A stretch of 64,000 nucleotides of DNA from Obrimoposthia wandeli (taxonomy: Eukaryota): positions 62,001 to 126,000 of the forward strand of contig CDROCS010001008.1 of NCBI GenBank assembly GCA_977020255.1, written 5' to 3'. This document shows positions 33,101 through 48,100 of the stretch, one piece after another. Within the stretch, counting starts at the first letter, position 1; every line of letters begins with the position of its first letter. The notes under the pieces were generated by a model. That model ran no database searches and had not been told where the DNA came from. It saw only the letters and a list, made by a program, of their open reading frames with translations. The position numbers and the translations under genes are program-made.

Positions 33101-36100
33101 TTAGATGTATTCTGAAATTACACGAATGCTCAACAAAGTTTAAGTGGTATGATTATACCGCGGGTTTGTGACAGTGTATGTAAGCCGCAGTATGTAATCC
33201 AATCGGTTGGAAGTTATATGAAGCAATACAGGTTCACCCCTTTTGGACGTGAGTGAGCGCTGGTTGTACGTTCCCAAATATTATATTAGTTTTGAATTTA
33301 CTTTTGTTATGTTTTTAGCGCTAATCAGCATAGAAATTTTGAAAATTTGATATATAGTTTTCTTTACAATTATATTTGTAGGTTTCTAAAACTACTTTGT
33401 CATTTCATTCACAAACAGTTACATAGATATTATATTGTGGAATTCTATAATAACTTTGGAGTTATTTATTATTGAAATATTTCTGTAAATTAAAATAAAT
33501 TGAAATGAAATTTGAAAACTTTTTATAATATTTTTACTATATTTTAAGACGAATTAAATTTATAAAATAAAATTATTATAGTTCATTTGTTTGATTGAAA
33601 TTAATAAAATATAAAAGTGGTTTTGAAGTTGTGGATTTTTTTTATTAAACTTGGTATTTCAGTTGCAATGATATGAACTACAATTTGCTTTTTAACTGAT
33701 ATCTTTAATATACTCGAGCTAGTTATATTCAATATTCAAAACTGAAGCAAACATGTAAGAAAATAATTTCATTACAAACCGGTTGATAAAATTGTGGGAA
33801 AGCATCGCTAGTCACTGAATGAAAATATTTTTAATCATTTGAACCACTTTAAAAAACTTTTATTCTATTCCAACTAACGATGGAGTTAAAAAATCTTCAG
33901 TAATCTTCAAAGAAAATCTTGACACTAGAATATAGTGAACATATTATGTTCGAGCGAATGATGGACGATTTGATTACTCTTGTTTTTGCTAACGAATATA
34001 CTTTTATAGCAATTTCAAAGATTAAATGATTAAACTGAAAAAAGACAAAACTTAACATCATTACAAGCAGATCCAATTTGTGTTCTGACAAAAATATCTG
34101 AAAGCATTGCCTTTTCAATGCCCCAAATAATTAAATGCATGACAAAAATAGATTCAAATCAAGAACTACTGAATTTCGCTACTTCTTTAGCAGTACTTTT
34201 ACTACGATCTACTTTTTAAGAATTAAAAACTTCGCGTAAAAAATTTAGTGTGAATAGCGAAACATATTTAAAATTAATAGAACAAACACCAAAGGTTTTA
34301 TAATATGAACAGTTTTGTAGAATTACTTCCCTAATGACATTCTAATGCGTATATTTTTGTCTTAAGTTTTAACTTATAGAAACTTTACTACTTGGTTACA
34401 AAAGAAAGCAATCAAACATAAAACATGAACAAAAACAATGTAGGACATTTTGCTGGTCAACTATTCAAATGTTCTGGGCAACCCACGAAATGAGAGACGA
34501 ATAGTCATCTTACACCAGAACAATGTTTAGATTTAGTATATCACTTTTTTATATTTGTTAGTAATGTTTTTATCCCCAGTAACGAATTTACTGAGTTACG
34601 ACATCTTTTGTGATTTTTAGTTGGTCGTAAAAGAAAGGTTGTAGTGTATTATTTTTTAAATGTTAGTCTTATTAATGAGGAAATATGTAAACGATCATAA
34701 ATTTATTTTTATTGATTGAGTTAGAAAATGATTAAATTGAATTTAATTTTAAAGCTCTGAAACTCTATGTTGAGCGATGCCTTTAAAGTCCCGGTAAGGA
34801 ATATATAGCTGACTCACGGATTTGGTTGGTGGTTTCCTGTGAGGCCGTATGTCCACCTTGGCCCTGGCTCTGGAGCAGTCGAGAAGACTGTCGGGAGCCG
34901 CCAGAATGCCTTCAAACAGCGGTTCCATATTATTGACAGTGGCAGAGACTGGGACGTTATTAGAGCAGTTCTGGTTGAGCTGGGAACGGTTCTGCTGTCT
35001 GCTATCGGCGATCACAGTCCCAGGCCGCTGCTCTACCAGGGGTGACGAGTCAGTAGTAGATGGTGAAGAGGCCAGAGAAGAGGCTCCACTTTCCGTATGG
35101 TCGTGGGCTGCGTGGATAAGATACATTCAGACCGAGACATATATGAAATCGATCAATAAATACATTACAATTTTAATTCTTCAAATGCTCATAGGCAGTA
35201 TGTTACAAAATTATGTAAAAAATATTTTTCTAAATAAATTTGTAGTTTTTAGTAAAAAAAATGCTCAATTTTAAATTTTAAGCGATGATTTATGGGAAGG
35301 AATTAACTAAAAACTAAAGCCTTTCTTTTAACTATCTTTAAAATAAATTAAGAATATTCAACATTTTAGAAAAAACATACAAGAAATAGTCAATTCGAGA
35401 AATCGAATTTTATAGAATGTATTGTGATTGTTTTGGTATGCGTTGGTGCAAGATTAATGTTACTTCACAATGACTCTCCCACTGCAAACGAAGGCTTTGA
35501 TTAAATAGAGGTGGATTATTCACCATTTAGTCTTCTTTATCAACTGTGATACAGTTCTTGAATCTGATTGAGGGATGAAAGAGTTAAACGTTACCGTTTA
35601 AAAGCTAGGGAACCTAACCCTAGTTAAAGTGTGCTGGAATATAATTACAAAATATATAGTTCTCTACGCTCTGGTTTCTAAATGTTGGTCAACTGTAACT
35701 ATTGCGGTTTAATTACTGATGGATTATTCTTATTGTTGACTTAAAAAACACTTATATACTTCATTGTATCAGTATGAATAAACTTTGAGAACTTATCCAA
35801 CCACCCCAGAGTCTGAAATCATTGATTCTCTAATTTATGTTGTTTATTGGGACATTATTTGTCAATCAGCTGACAATGATAACAATCCCCAAAGTGAAGA
35901 CTAACTCTCGATTGTGATGTCGTCCAGAAGACTTGTTCTGCTTTTGGTCCGGTTGTCCTTGGCGACACTGGGGGCCACATTGATGATGTGACTTATGTCA
36001 TGGTGCTGATTCCCATCACTTTCCCCTTGGTTTATCTGGCCTTGGAGACTCACAACCTGAAAAAAAATAGACAGACTCAACATAGAAATTTTATGTATTT

Positions 36101-39100
36101 TCTAACAATATTTGAATAAGTACATATTATATATAAGGACATTTTCAAAATTATATACAAAATTTAATTAAATTGTGTACTTCGCAGATTTGTTTTTAAA
36201 ATCTATGATCATTTCTTCAAAAAAATTTGAAAAAAAGTTTGAATCAGAAAATAATAAAAATAACTTTATTTAACTATATTTGATCATTGAAATACAATTT
36301 ACCAATACGTTTTCCTAGATTTGTAACGACTTTTTCTAAAGTTGGCCCAGGTGCCCAAGTGCTCGGACACGTGACGTAGAGATAATAAAGACGTTATCGT
36401 GGGAAAATGGTTAAGTGAGTTGGTTGTACGAGACTACCAGAAAAATAGTTCTGATTCTGGATAAAAATAGTGAACAAGGAAATGGTCATTATGAACAATT
36501 ACCAATGTATGTTTTAATTAAGACAGTTTCACCAGAGTGAATAAAGTGTTTGTTGAAGAGAAGAAGATGGAAGCTTTTGTTGGTTAGCGTGGTTGAATGA
36601 TTTACTTTTAGGTTCTTGATTATTGCACACACGTATGTGTGTGTTGATGTGCGAAGGTCTGGCTATATAATAACCAGACATCATCAGTTGCTTGTGAATA
36701 AGTCAGAATGGATTTGAATATAGTGATATTTTATATGATGGTATGTCAGAATGCAAAGAAAGAAATATAAATTATGTTTTTAACTTAAAAAAACAATATT
36801 AAATATCTTAAACAGCTTTTGATGATAATGATTATTACAGTAAAAAAAATTGTCTGTTAGTTGATATAATCATAAATTTTAAGTACATATTCTCATGAAA
36901 ACTCAAATTAGGTGGAAATTTGGATATGACATGTATTGGAATGTTAGACACGATTCGTGTGAATGTTGATATGTTCGAGTTTTTGTTTTAAATCGCCATG
37001 TATCCAAATCAGGTACTAACGTAAATTATAAAGATTTATGTAAAACCTGGACCTAGACGCAGAATTATTCGGTGAATATTTCAATGTCTCAACTTTTTCC
37101 TGATTCCTATCAATTGTCGACGAAATCAGAAGTTGTGGAATTGTAATTCACATAAGCAAAGCCAAGAGATTTTCTCGTAAGAAAACCTCTGCATACTATT
37201 ATAGACAGCACATTTCCATGATGCTGGAATCTATCGCAAAGAACCGCTTCAATAACATCAGGATGCATATCTTAAGTGGAAACACTCGCAGTCACGAAAT
37301 TGATAATTTCTTTTTCTTTTTAACAATACACAAAACAATTGCTGCTTAAACGTCGATAGTGGAACATCATTCATGTTTGAATATTTTTAGCCAGACATTT
37401 AATACACCTCACACACAGCACTTAAAAATGTAGAATTCAATCACGACACGACTGGTCAAATTGAAATTTAATTTAATTAATTGTAGATTAATCAGCAATT
37501 TTTCATCAACATCAGATTTTTGTTGCATGACCGTTTAGATTTTTAACAGATTATTCATATCATAAAACTTCGCAGAAGCAACAGATCAAATTTCAGTTCT
37601 AAAATTAATCGTTGAAATAACATGGGAACTTCTATTCGTTCATTGAAGGTATTCGTAAACGACTACATACCAAGCCGAACCCAGATCGAAACAGCCGTCA
37701 CATGACCATATCAATGGCATCTACCACTAAGTTTCATTGACTGAAATTTAATCTTATTTTTGTACAAAATATAATAAAAATAAAAAAGATTATGAATAAC
37801 TTACTTCATTAAGATTTGAAAATGAGTGAACGTTCTTATAAAATCAAAAGACTTATCTTTTAGCAGTTAAATTTATAACGATTTATTTTGTAATATGAAA
37901 ACGTTAAGCAAATTGTAACAAGCTACAATTTTAAAAATATCTAAAAATATGAAAGATTTGCAGAAAAGGCCAACCTTTCTCTGAAGTTTGTCGATCTTAT
38001 CTTCGTAGACTGTGATTTTGGCTTCGTCGCCATTCCTGCACATTCAGACAAATATTACGATGGTCAAACACATATTACACGTATAAGAGATAAGAGTATA
38101 TTGTAGTATGGGGTGATGCCACATAGGAGATACAAATCGTCACATCTAGGTTATACGAAACATGGCCCAGGTTTGTAAGAAGTCTTCCATCTTTGATCCC
38201 TTGATTTGCTGTGAAATAGGAGTACGCTTGTTTATATAGATGAGTTACTGGTCATTCATAAAAATAAGAATTATTTCGACAGAACAGCAATTGAGGCTTT
38301 GTGTGTTAAAGAAAACGTTGTTTCAATAAACATACAAAAGGATTGATAAAACTAAAAAAAAAATTAACACAATTCAAAATATGACAATATATTGGATGTT
38401 GCACATTCTATTGTCAGAATATTTATTTATACACATTTTAATTTTACGCCAATACTGATGATGGATGTTCATACCCAAAGTTTATTGTAATAAAATTTTA
38501 ATTAAATTGTGTGCCTTTTATTTCTTACCTAATTGGAATAGTATTTTTATATAAATGTTTAACTTTTCACAAAAAGTTATCACATTGATTCATATAATTT
38601 AGACAATTTAGATCAGGCAATATTTCCAGATCGCCGGCCGTGTTGACGACTTTTAAAATGAATGTAGGCTGAGTTGCCAAACTTTCTTGATTTTTATTAC
38701 TATCTTATTTCTTATATCCGTTTTGTCTATTTTGGGTAGTTTTGATTATAATTTCTTCATGATCTACAAATACAAACAGGTCATCTTGTTTTCAAAAAAC
38801 GGTACACACTTTTACGTACTATATTATTCTATTTTTCATGCTTAATAGATTAAGTAATGTATGATCTGTGACTGCTTGTGGTCAGTCAGTGAGGAGACCT
38901 ATGATACAATTGAAAATATACTGGTAAGGAATTCATTTTTCCCATTCATGTTTGTAAAGTTTCACGAAAGAATCTTCTCTCAAATGTATGTGTAACCTTT
39001 TGAACGAATAATAATAAGATCAAATAAAAGTCCGCAATACACACCTGATTGCATTTATCTTTCAAAATAGATTCCCACTCCAACTAAAATACTCGCATAG

Positions 39101-42100
39101 GTGAGTCTGTTAGAACATCTCTGATATTGTGAACGGTGAACAAATGAGCACAAAAGTCCAACTCTGTGCGCAGAAATCATCGAATCACGATGTAAATCCC
39201 ACACGTACTTTACAGAATTTCAAACAGGAAAAGGGCAAAATTCAGAGCACGGAGTTGTTATCCCACAGTTGGATTTGATAGGAAAGTATATAATATGCTC
39301 GTACATGCTCACAATCAGCGGTCCCCGTAAACAATTGATAAAATAAAATAAAATATGGTGTGTGCAGATTAAATAGAAATTGCTCGTATATCAAGTCTAT
39401 GAATCGATATGAACGTCGGAGTCCCTGCCAAGATACTTGCCAAATGTAAAGGGACCTGAGCTGGTTAGAGAAGAAGAAAACGTTTTATCCTGATCTCTCA
39501 CCGATTTTCTGCGGTCTTGACAATGCGCTTCAGTTTCTTGTACTTCTTTGTGACAATGTCGAGTTTGTCTTTGAGCATGTGGTTCTCATTAGTCAACTCG
39601 TCTAGCGAGAAATGCCGACTGTCCATGTCCTCTCGCAGCGTCCGATAGTCGACCTTGAGACGGTCGTGCTGACTGGTGAGCTGCGTCAACTCCGACCTGA
39701 CAGTAGCAGCATCGTCATTCTGCACGAAACATGCAATTTTAGTAGGCAAATGAGATACCAGAGATAAAGTGACTCAAATTCTAACATGGGAAGAGAACTT
39801 CCGAGTAAACAACCTCGAGAAAGAAAGTCTCTTCAATACCCATTCGTAGCTTCCTTGTCAATAGTACTGGTAATACTGCACTGAAGACATTGAGGTCTTA
39901 GTGTGATATGTGGGCGTACCAGCAGCATGAGTGTACCTGTCGAGCCAATGCTGCAGTGTGATCCAACCGCAAGGAGCGCATCTCCTGTCGCATTTGCTCC
40001 ACTCGGTCGGTGTACGCCGCACTATCAGCAGAAGACGTCATTGGCCGAGACGGAGCCCTGGCATCAGTGTCCACATTCTGCATAGGGACGTATTCTTCTT
40101 CTGGATCTGAATCCTGGTCTTGTGAGAATACCGAGGCTGGCACTTGTATTTCCTGAAACAGAAGTTCAGTTCCGTTAGCAAATAATTGAAGAAAATTACG
40201 CAAAAGAATATTGTTATTGAAGGGATTATAAAATCAAAGGGTACCTTCATTGGTTCTTCTGTCATGATAACGATAGGGGCTTTTGAAACTGCTGGAGTGA
40301 TGGCTCTGGATGAGTACGTATTGATGTATCAAATGATGAGATGTAACTAAAATTATAAATAATTACAATTTTTAAATGTCTACATAATACAAAATATATT
40401 TTTTAAAGATAAATTATTATTTTGTAAAGTTGCTATAATTATAAATTTCTAGTCAATGGAAACTACGGAAGATAGTTGAAGTGTTATATTTGTACATTAT
40501 AAATACGAAGAAAAGATATTTCAAAACGCGTGTAGAAGCTGAAATTTGGACATAACATTTATTCAGTGTTTTGGTTTCAAATCCGTACGCATTCGAATCA
40601 GGGATTAACGAAATAAGTCGCATTTTTTTTACAAAAAAGTGTATTATTCTGGATATCTGTCAGATTGATTTGTATTTAAAATAAAGTTTTTGAAATGTCA
40701 AATCAGATATTGGATCATTTTTTTGGATTCAAATGGAGTTTCAAAATATTTTGGTTTTTTAAATATTTAAATATTGTAAATGAACTTTCCAATTCTTGTA
40801 TACATTTTCTTTTTGTTAACCTTGAAATGTTTATAAAGCGTTCAGAAATTTGATTTCTAAATTTTATATATTAGTAATGTTTTTGACATCGGTTCCTGTC
40901 TTAATTTCTGTAATATTTTCTATTTTTTTAATGTTATTTAAATTAGATAGGACATTTTCTCATTAAATATTTCAAAAACCTAAAATCAATTATACTTTTT
41001 CTATTTATACTTACACTTATATCTTGATAGGGAAATTTTGCTTTCTATAAGTTAAAATAGTAATGTGGATCAACTGAAGCGATGAGTGCATCACATTTTC
41101 TATTGTGTACTCCATTCTCAATAATTTATAACTCAGTAACTACGTGTTCCTTTCTGTTAGATAGAATACATTGTTTTTACAAGTTTAGAATTCTCAAATA
41201 ATAAAAATGCGTTTCCGATTTATTTATGTCGTACTTTTATTTAGATATTTGGGAAAACACGGGTGCCATAGGGATATTGAAAATATCATAACTCTGGAAA
41301 TGAGATTGTAATCGGATATTTTGATACAATGAAATATTGTAGATGAAACATTAATGAAATGTTTATAATATTGGAAATTCGAAATAAAGTTAATAATAAA
41401 TCGTGAACTAATCTTACTAGTAAACTGAATTAAAATGGTTTTGATTTTATTGTTAATGAAATGTGATGGACATTGACCATTGAAATACTCACTCTAATCC
41501 CGAAAGACGTCTGGACTTCTCGACAAGACGAACTATTTCACTGTTGGTTTGATCCAGCTCTCTGCCGACGATGAAGCTGCAAGAGAAGGAAAGCGGGTAT
41601 AGGTGCCAACAGTTTCTGAGAGATTGAGAGAATCGGTGCACTGTTGATCAATGTTCACTGTTGATAAATTGATCAGTTAGAAGTGCTAATTGACACAGTT
41701 AAAGGAGAACACACTTGTCCCACTCAAGAGTTGCATGTCGAATCGATTAAAACTCGAGATCAGTTCGTGCTTGGCATTGATTGCACAACCCAATCATTCG
41801 GTAAATGTGTGCACACCACACATCAAGGGCAGACTCTTTTTTTCAGTTCAAATTCAACGAGAAGTTAACTCGGAAAATTGATCTATTTAGTTTTGACTGA
41901 GACATTTTTTCTAGTGGAATACAAGAAATTCCGATTGAAATATTATTTCTTTATAAATGTACTACAGCGTCAATATCTAGTCAGAGTCGCTAATTGAATC
42001 CTGCAAATTTTATGGAACTCATTGAATAAATACGTCTTCAAATCCCAAATGAAAGTGTAGATAATTCTTAAGTTAATAATGACTGATGGAAATTTATAAT

Positions 42101-45100
42101 ACAATTTGACACTGTATATCTCGAAAAGCCAAGTTTCTTGAAACCTTTCAATCTCAAATAACAATGGTTCATTCAAAGGTATTTCAAGGCCTACTGCATA
42201 CAATTTAAATATAATAATACTTACATTAATAAAATTACAGAGTTGAAGGACCACCCACTCTGAACTGTATTAAGGTGTATTTTTAAAGTCAAGTAGTAAC
42301 TAGCAGCGTTAAAATTATTAACATAGGTTAATTTTAACATTTTATAAATAAAACAAACTTTTTTAGTCTATAAATAAATGAAATAGTCTGTTAAAATCAC
42401 TATCTTTTGATATATTCTATTGTTTTGTGTTGTTGGAGTGGTTAATAGATTTAAAAAATAAAACTACAGTCACTTCAAAAAAATATCTTGGGTCAAAACA
42501 GCAACGACAGAAATTAAAGAGAAAAAAGGGGAAAAAAGGGAAAATTTTAATCGAAAGTGAAATTTCATAATTAACAGCTAACAATTAAATAGTATTATTA
42601 TAACTAAACATTTATAAGTTAAACCACTTGCAAATTTCAGTAACGTTTCTTTAGAAATTCAGTGTATTCGCGTTATTTACAGTGTTGATAAAATAGTCTA
42701 ATAATATCACATACCACAAGCCACAGCACAAATCAGATATGCGTAAAACCAATTATTGTTCGCATGATAAATGTCCGGTATAGTTCCAGAATTAAATTAG
42801 TTTTACTTCATATCAAATGGGATTCATTGAATGAATTTATCTTAGTGAATTTGGAAATATGAATAGCAGATAGACATTTCAGATGCTGGATTACAATTTT
42901 GTTTCATGCAAAAGAAAGATAAATTCTGAAAGTTTTCGTAACAAAGTTTAAGTTTCAATATATATTTATTTGAAGAGTGAAAAACAATAAATTATGTTTT
43001 ATTCTAATCTAATTTATTCCTATTATTAGGATTCAAATTGATATAATTGTCATTACACAATTTTCAACGATAAAATCAATTTAATAAGACACTTGTGTAA
43101 AATTTATATTTTTCAAGTGTTCCAAATACATACAAGAAAGTAGTTTAAAACATATTCTACAAACATTATAAATTTGGGATTAATTGCCTAAAAAGATCAG
43201 GAAATTTTCTTAGGCTAAAAATTTGAACATTTTTTCCGAAGGATATCGCAGATATACCCAGCATTATTGCAAACAAACGAATACGTGTAAATTCATTTTA
43301 TCAGGAGAGCAAGAAGAAAGTTTTGTAGTGGGTTCAAATATATTCATTGTGATTGAGTATTAAAATATTATATTGAAATATATCTACGTATCAAAACAAA
43401 ATTATTATTGTGGAAGACAGCAGATTAGTCTGTTTGTCATAAAGCCGACGATATGCTGTATATTTTATTGGGTCTACACGGAGGTGGAATAATTGAGTGC
43501 ACAAAGGTGCGCTCATTTGACAGTTTTCATCGAGTTCGATAGTACACACGCAACACAAAAATCGACTCGAGCCGTTTGACGAAATAAATTAGCGAGCTTT
43601 ATATTAAAAGTCTCGATCGATACACTGAAAAGTATACATCGTGCTGTCTACACTGAATTATAAACCAAATTATTGATATTTGACACACGAAGCAATTTCG
43701 AGTAAAATTGCAAATTACTGGTGACCTTAATCTCAATTCGATTTATATTGTTAAGTTACAAATTATCTACACAAAATACAGATATTTTATAAAGGAAACC
43801 TTTTTGAGTAAAATTAAATTTGAAGAAATAACCTTAATGTAGCAAATGATTAATTTTAAAAATGCGATATTTATTGATTACTATTGTTTAAAAATTAAAT
43901 CTTTTAATTGGAATGTTGTTGAAAGCACTATTCAAATTAATACACAATTTAACGAAAATAAGTTTTAAATTATATTTAAAACAATGCATCCCAAAACAAC
44001 ACACACAAATAGTGGGGATTCCAGCATCGATGAGTTTTTTTAAAACCGGTACTTCAGTAGTGACATTAATACTGTTTGTAAAAAAATATAGCAACAATAA
44101 AGGACCCAAAGGAAAATATCCGTATGTATGAGTCGGATTTTCGATCAGAATTACCTAATCACGCTTGATGAAATTTGCGGTAGATATCAACGCAGTGGAA
44201 TACTTTCGCAATGGAATTAATTCATTGCAGGTCGTTGGCAACAGTGTATTGATGCAGAAGGAAACTAATTTTAGAAGCAGTTCAAAACTCAAAGAAGCAA
44301 AAATATGTTTATTGAATTTACAGAAATATTTGGGAGTAAATGAATTTAGAATTAACGAAAATTTTACTTTTAGATAAAATTGATGGTGCACTATCTCAAA
44401 CTATGATCAATACAACAATTCATCCAAAATATACGCTTATTTTTATTAAATGCAATTTAATTTTGGATTTATATGGGTTTTTTTAATTGTGGTTCCTTAA
44501 AAAGGGTTTTAAACATTTGTATTTAATGCATGTGGTGTAGAACATGATAAAAATCTATGGGGATGATTCAGTACCTAAATACAGTTTGTTAATTTGCTAG
44601 AACCCATAACATATTATTGAATTTTCTTCGGTATAACGATATTGGAAACCATACGCAATAAGCAATAAGTTCATACAGAAAAATAGCAACGTTAATACAT
44701 TCGATAAGCTTAAGACAGTATTCTGTAAATTCCATTTTTACCCACATTTTAAAGTAGTTTTGATTATTCAACACATCAGTTCAAATTGTTGCTAAATTAT
44801 CCGCAAAAATCTTAATAGAATATTATTTGAGCAACCCACTACAAAACATCAAGAAGACCTTTCAATATCCCTTCAATTTTGTCTGACTATCTCTTGCTTT
44901 GCAGTAAATTGGGAGATGTAGTTGGATATATACTCACTGGACAACGCCGTGCGTGTTGCGCAACACGGATGCGGCAAACTCCTGGCTGACACAGACGAGA
45001 CTCTGGCCATTCACCTCCACGATCTGATCGTACACGTCGATTCTGTGAGACAAGGTGGGGCATATGAGGTTATTTGCATTTTTGGCTGCTGTCGACGAAA

Positions 45101-48100
45101 ATCATCCTTTCTCAACCGATTCGATATCGCAGAATTCGGAAAAGAGGTACATGCACTAACAAGATACTACTTAATGATCCGATATCAAAAGTAATTCATA
45201 CAGGGTATGCAATTTTCTTTTCACAATAATTTGTAGGACCCAAAGGAAAATATGTGTATGTATGAGTTGGATTTTCGATCAGAAGTATCTAATCACGCTT
45301 GATGAAATTTGAGGTTGATATCAACGCTGTGGAATACTTTTGAAAAACTTTTGAAACAAACATATATAACACGAACATTAAGAAAAAGTTGAATATAGAA
45401 ACTATTACTACACTTTACATTTTTTTGGTAAAGGCAAATTATATTAATAACGGACGTGTAAATCACTTAACACAAACTCAAACTTATTTTATAGCCAAAA
45501 GATGACATGTAAAATTCATTTCGGTTATGTAAAAAATTCATTTACACATTCAGATTTGGATTGGATTAATTGATGTAAAGATCCTCTGATACAATCTTCT
45601 GATTATATTGACAAAATACCTTTACTTATTTCACATTGTACAAATTGTAACCTACATATTTATTGATTTGATAAATGTTCAAATAAGTTCTGTAAACATT
45701 TTAAACTTATTTGCATGAGATTAGTTGACGTGTGTCGCTGCATAATCCAGGCCTTAACTGTTGGCTATTTCTGGTTCAGCTGGTAGAAAGCTATTGAATT
45801 TAAAGTGATTTTATTTGCGTCCCACGCATTTTTCGATGTATTACCTGCAGTTTTAGTTTTTCCTATATTTCATATGGCTTCTCTGTGAACACCAATAATA
45901 AAAAGTTGAGGAAACTAAGTTTTCCACTAAGGTCGAGTTTATACGTCGTGCAAAATGTACACCAGTCAAAGAAGGGGAAATTAAAAATTGAGCAGTAATA
46001 ATACTTTTATGCTGTTGTAATTTAATGTTTGTAATTTTTGAAATATTATAACGTAATTATTTTAACCTTTTAAAATTGAATCATAAAAAATTGTTTAAAT
46101 GTGATTTGAGTCATTAAAGTACCGTTAACTTGGGAATATAACTCTGTTTATTTTGTGACAAATATGTAATAATCGGCAGTAGTCAATAAAGTTGTCCAAA
46201 TATAATTTTATCCCACTTTAAGCCTAATTTTTTATTTAACTAAACAATTAAAAAGGGATTAATATATAAAGACGTAATGCTGCATTACACGGGAAATCTT
46301 GGGATAAATATCTAAACATATTTTCAATATCTTACTTCAAAATACATGAATATCTGGATCTTTCCATTTTACAATATTACCGCAGCCTGATAGCAGTTTC
46401 CTACTTGTAGTTTGTATTTGATTTGCTACTGCTCACATTATTATTCTTGTTAGAACTTGTAACTGCTCAAAGACAGACTTACACAATATAAGTTGTGTGT
46501 TGTCTTGTGAGAACCAGTAATTGACCACGATAACGATGTTGGTACAATTGATCAACTGTGACTAACTGTGCATTAATCAGTAGCTGTCGAATTACCATCG
46601 AGACAGGCTGTACAAGTGTGTACTCTGACTACTATCGCTTTTTTTCAGTTTGATACCACCCAAACAACATGTCAGAATCTTTTGTATGAAAATATTTCCA
46701 GAAACAAATTTAAAACAAACTGTAGTATGTAAAATGTGTAAAACAACAAGTAAAAGTAAAGGTTGGTCAATGAGTGGGCATTTACGTCACTAAAGCAGTA
46801 AACAAAACATAGTAAAGCAAGTTGCAAACGTCCATATGACGAAACGGCAGTGATTGTCCTACCAACAAACGTTATTTTTCTTCTAAGAACACGCACGAGT
46901 GACCACAGGACTGATCACTTTTGTTTTCAAACGTTTCTTACAACAATTTATAGAAAGTTCTTTTCTGTATCCATTAAATATTTTGTAACACTGGAAAAGT
47001 TTGATCTAATCTAATCTAAGATATTAGTCTATAATACAGTGCTTTCATTTATTCTGAACATGGAGCAGTCATTGAGAGACTCGAAGTTTTTTTATATCTG
47101 GCCGAACTCACTTATTATTCAGTTTATTATATTATATAAAATATCCCGGGATTAACACGGTTTTTGTTTCGTAGCCCCTGGTCAAGCAAAAGTGGCCAAA
47201 ACTGTAATGCCAACAATACGATTTATGATAATTAGAAGCGGCTAAATGAAAAGAATTGATAACAAAATTAGGTTAATAATTTATTAAATATATTTTTCGT
47301 GTTATTTTGAACAAATTAAGATTTTGGCCAAAAAGAAAATCTATTCTAGTATTTTATTTAATATCCTATTTTGATGTGCTAATTAGGACACGATTTTGAT
47401 GAAAAACTAAAAAACTTTACGAAGAGATAAAAATAGGTCTTTGTTTGTGAACAAATGTTTGGTGTAAACCTTTATTTAACTAATGCACTGAAAAGATAAT
47501 TCATTCAATTTTACAAATACATTAGAAAGTAAGATACTGTCCTAAAATTTTAAAAAGAAATGAGAACTGCTATTCTTACATACTTTCATATGAGCATGTG
47601 CCACAATGACACAAAATATAGATGACAAAAATCCACGTGGTTATAAAATAATTTTTGTTAGGTTTTGTTAAATTTTTTTATTAATATTATAAATTTGAAA
47701 ATGTCGTTACTTTTGATACACTCAGTATTTATCATGTGTAAGTAATTGAGAAATTTTTGCTAACTAACGATTTTAATTATATTCAGGGAACTTACGTCTG
47801 ACATTTCGTTGTCTGGCTGGGTCATATCAGTTCACAGCAGCATCAGAAAGACACCACCAAGCAACACATTCAGGGATCAATTAAATTCAACAAATAAAAG
47901 ATGCAATCCATTCCGGGAAATCACAAACCAAACCACTGTTCACAAGCAACACAGGAGAAAATAAATACTTCCTCACAAATGCTCAAGTATCTAAAAATAA
48001 TTGGAAAATGTTACGAGACGAAACATAAAAGCAAAACAATTATTTAATCATATCATTCATGAAACGGCCAGCAAATTTTGTGATAAAAACGTAATTAAAA

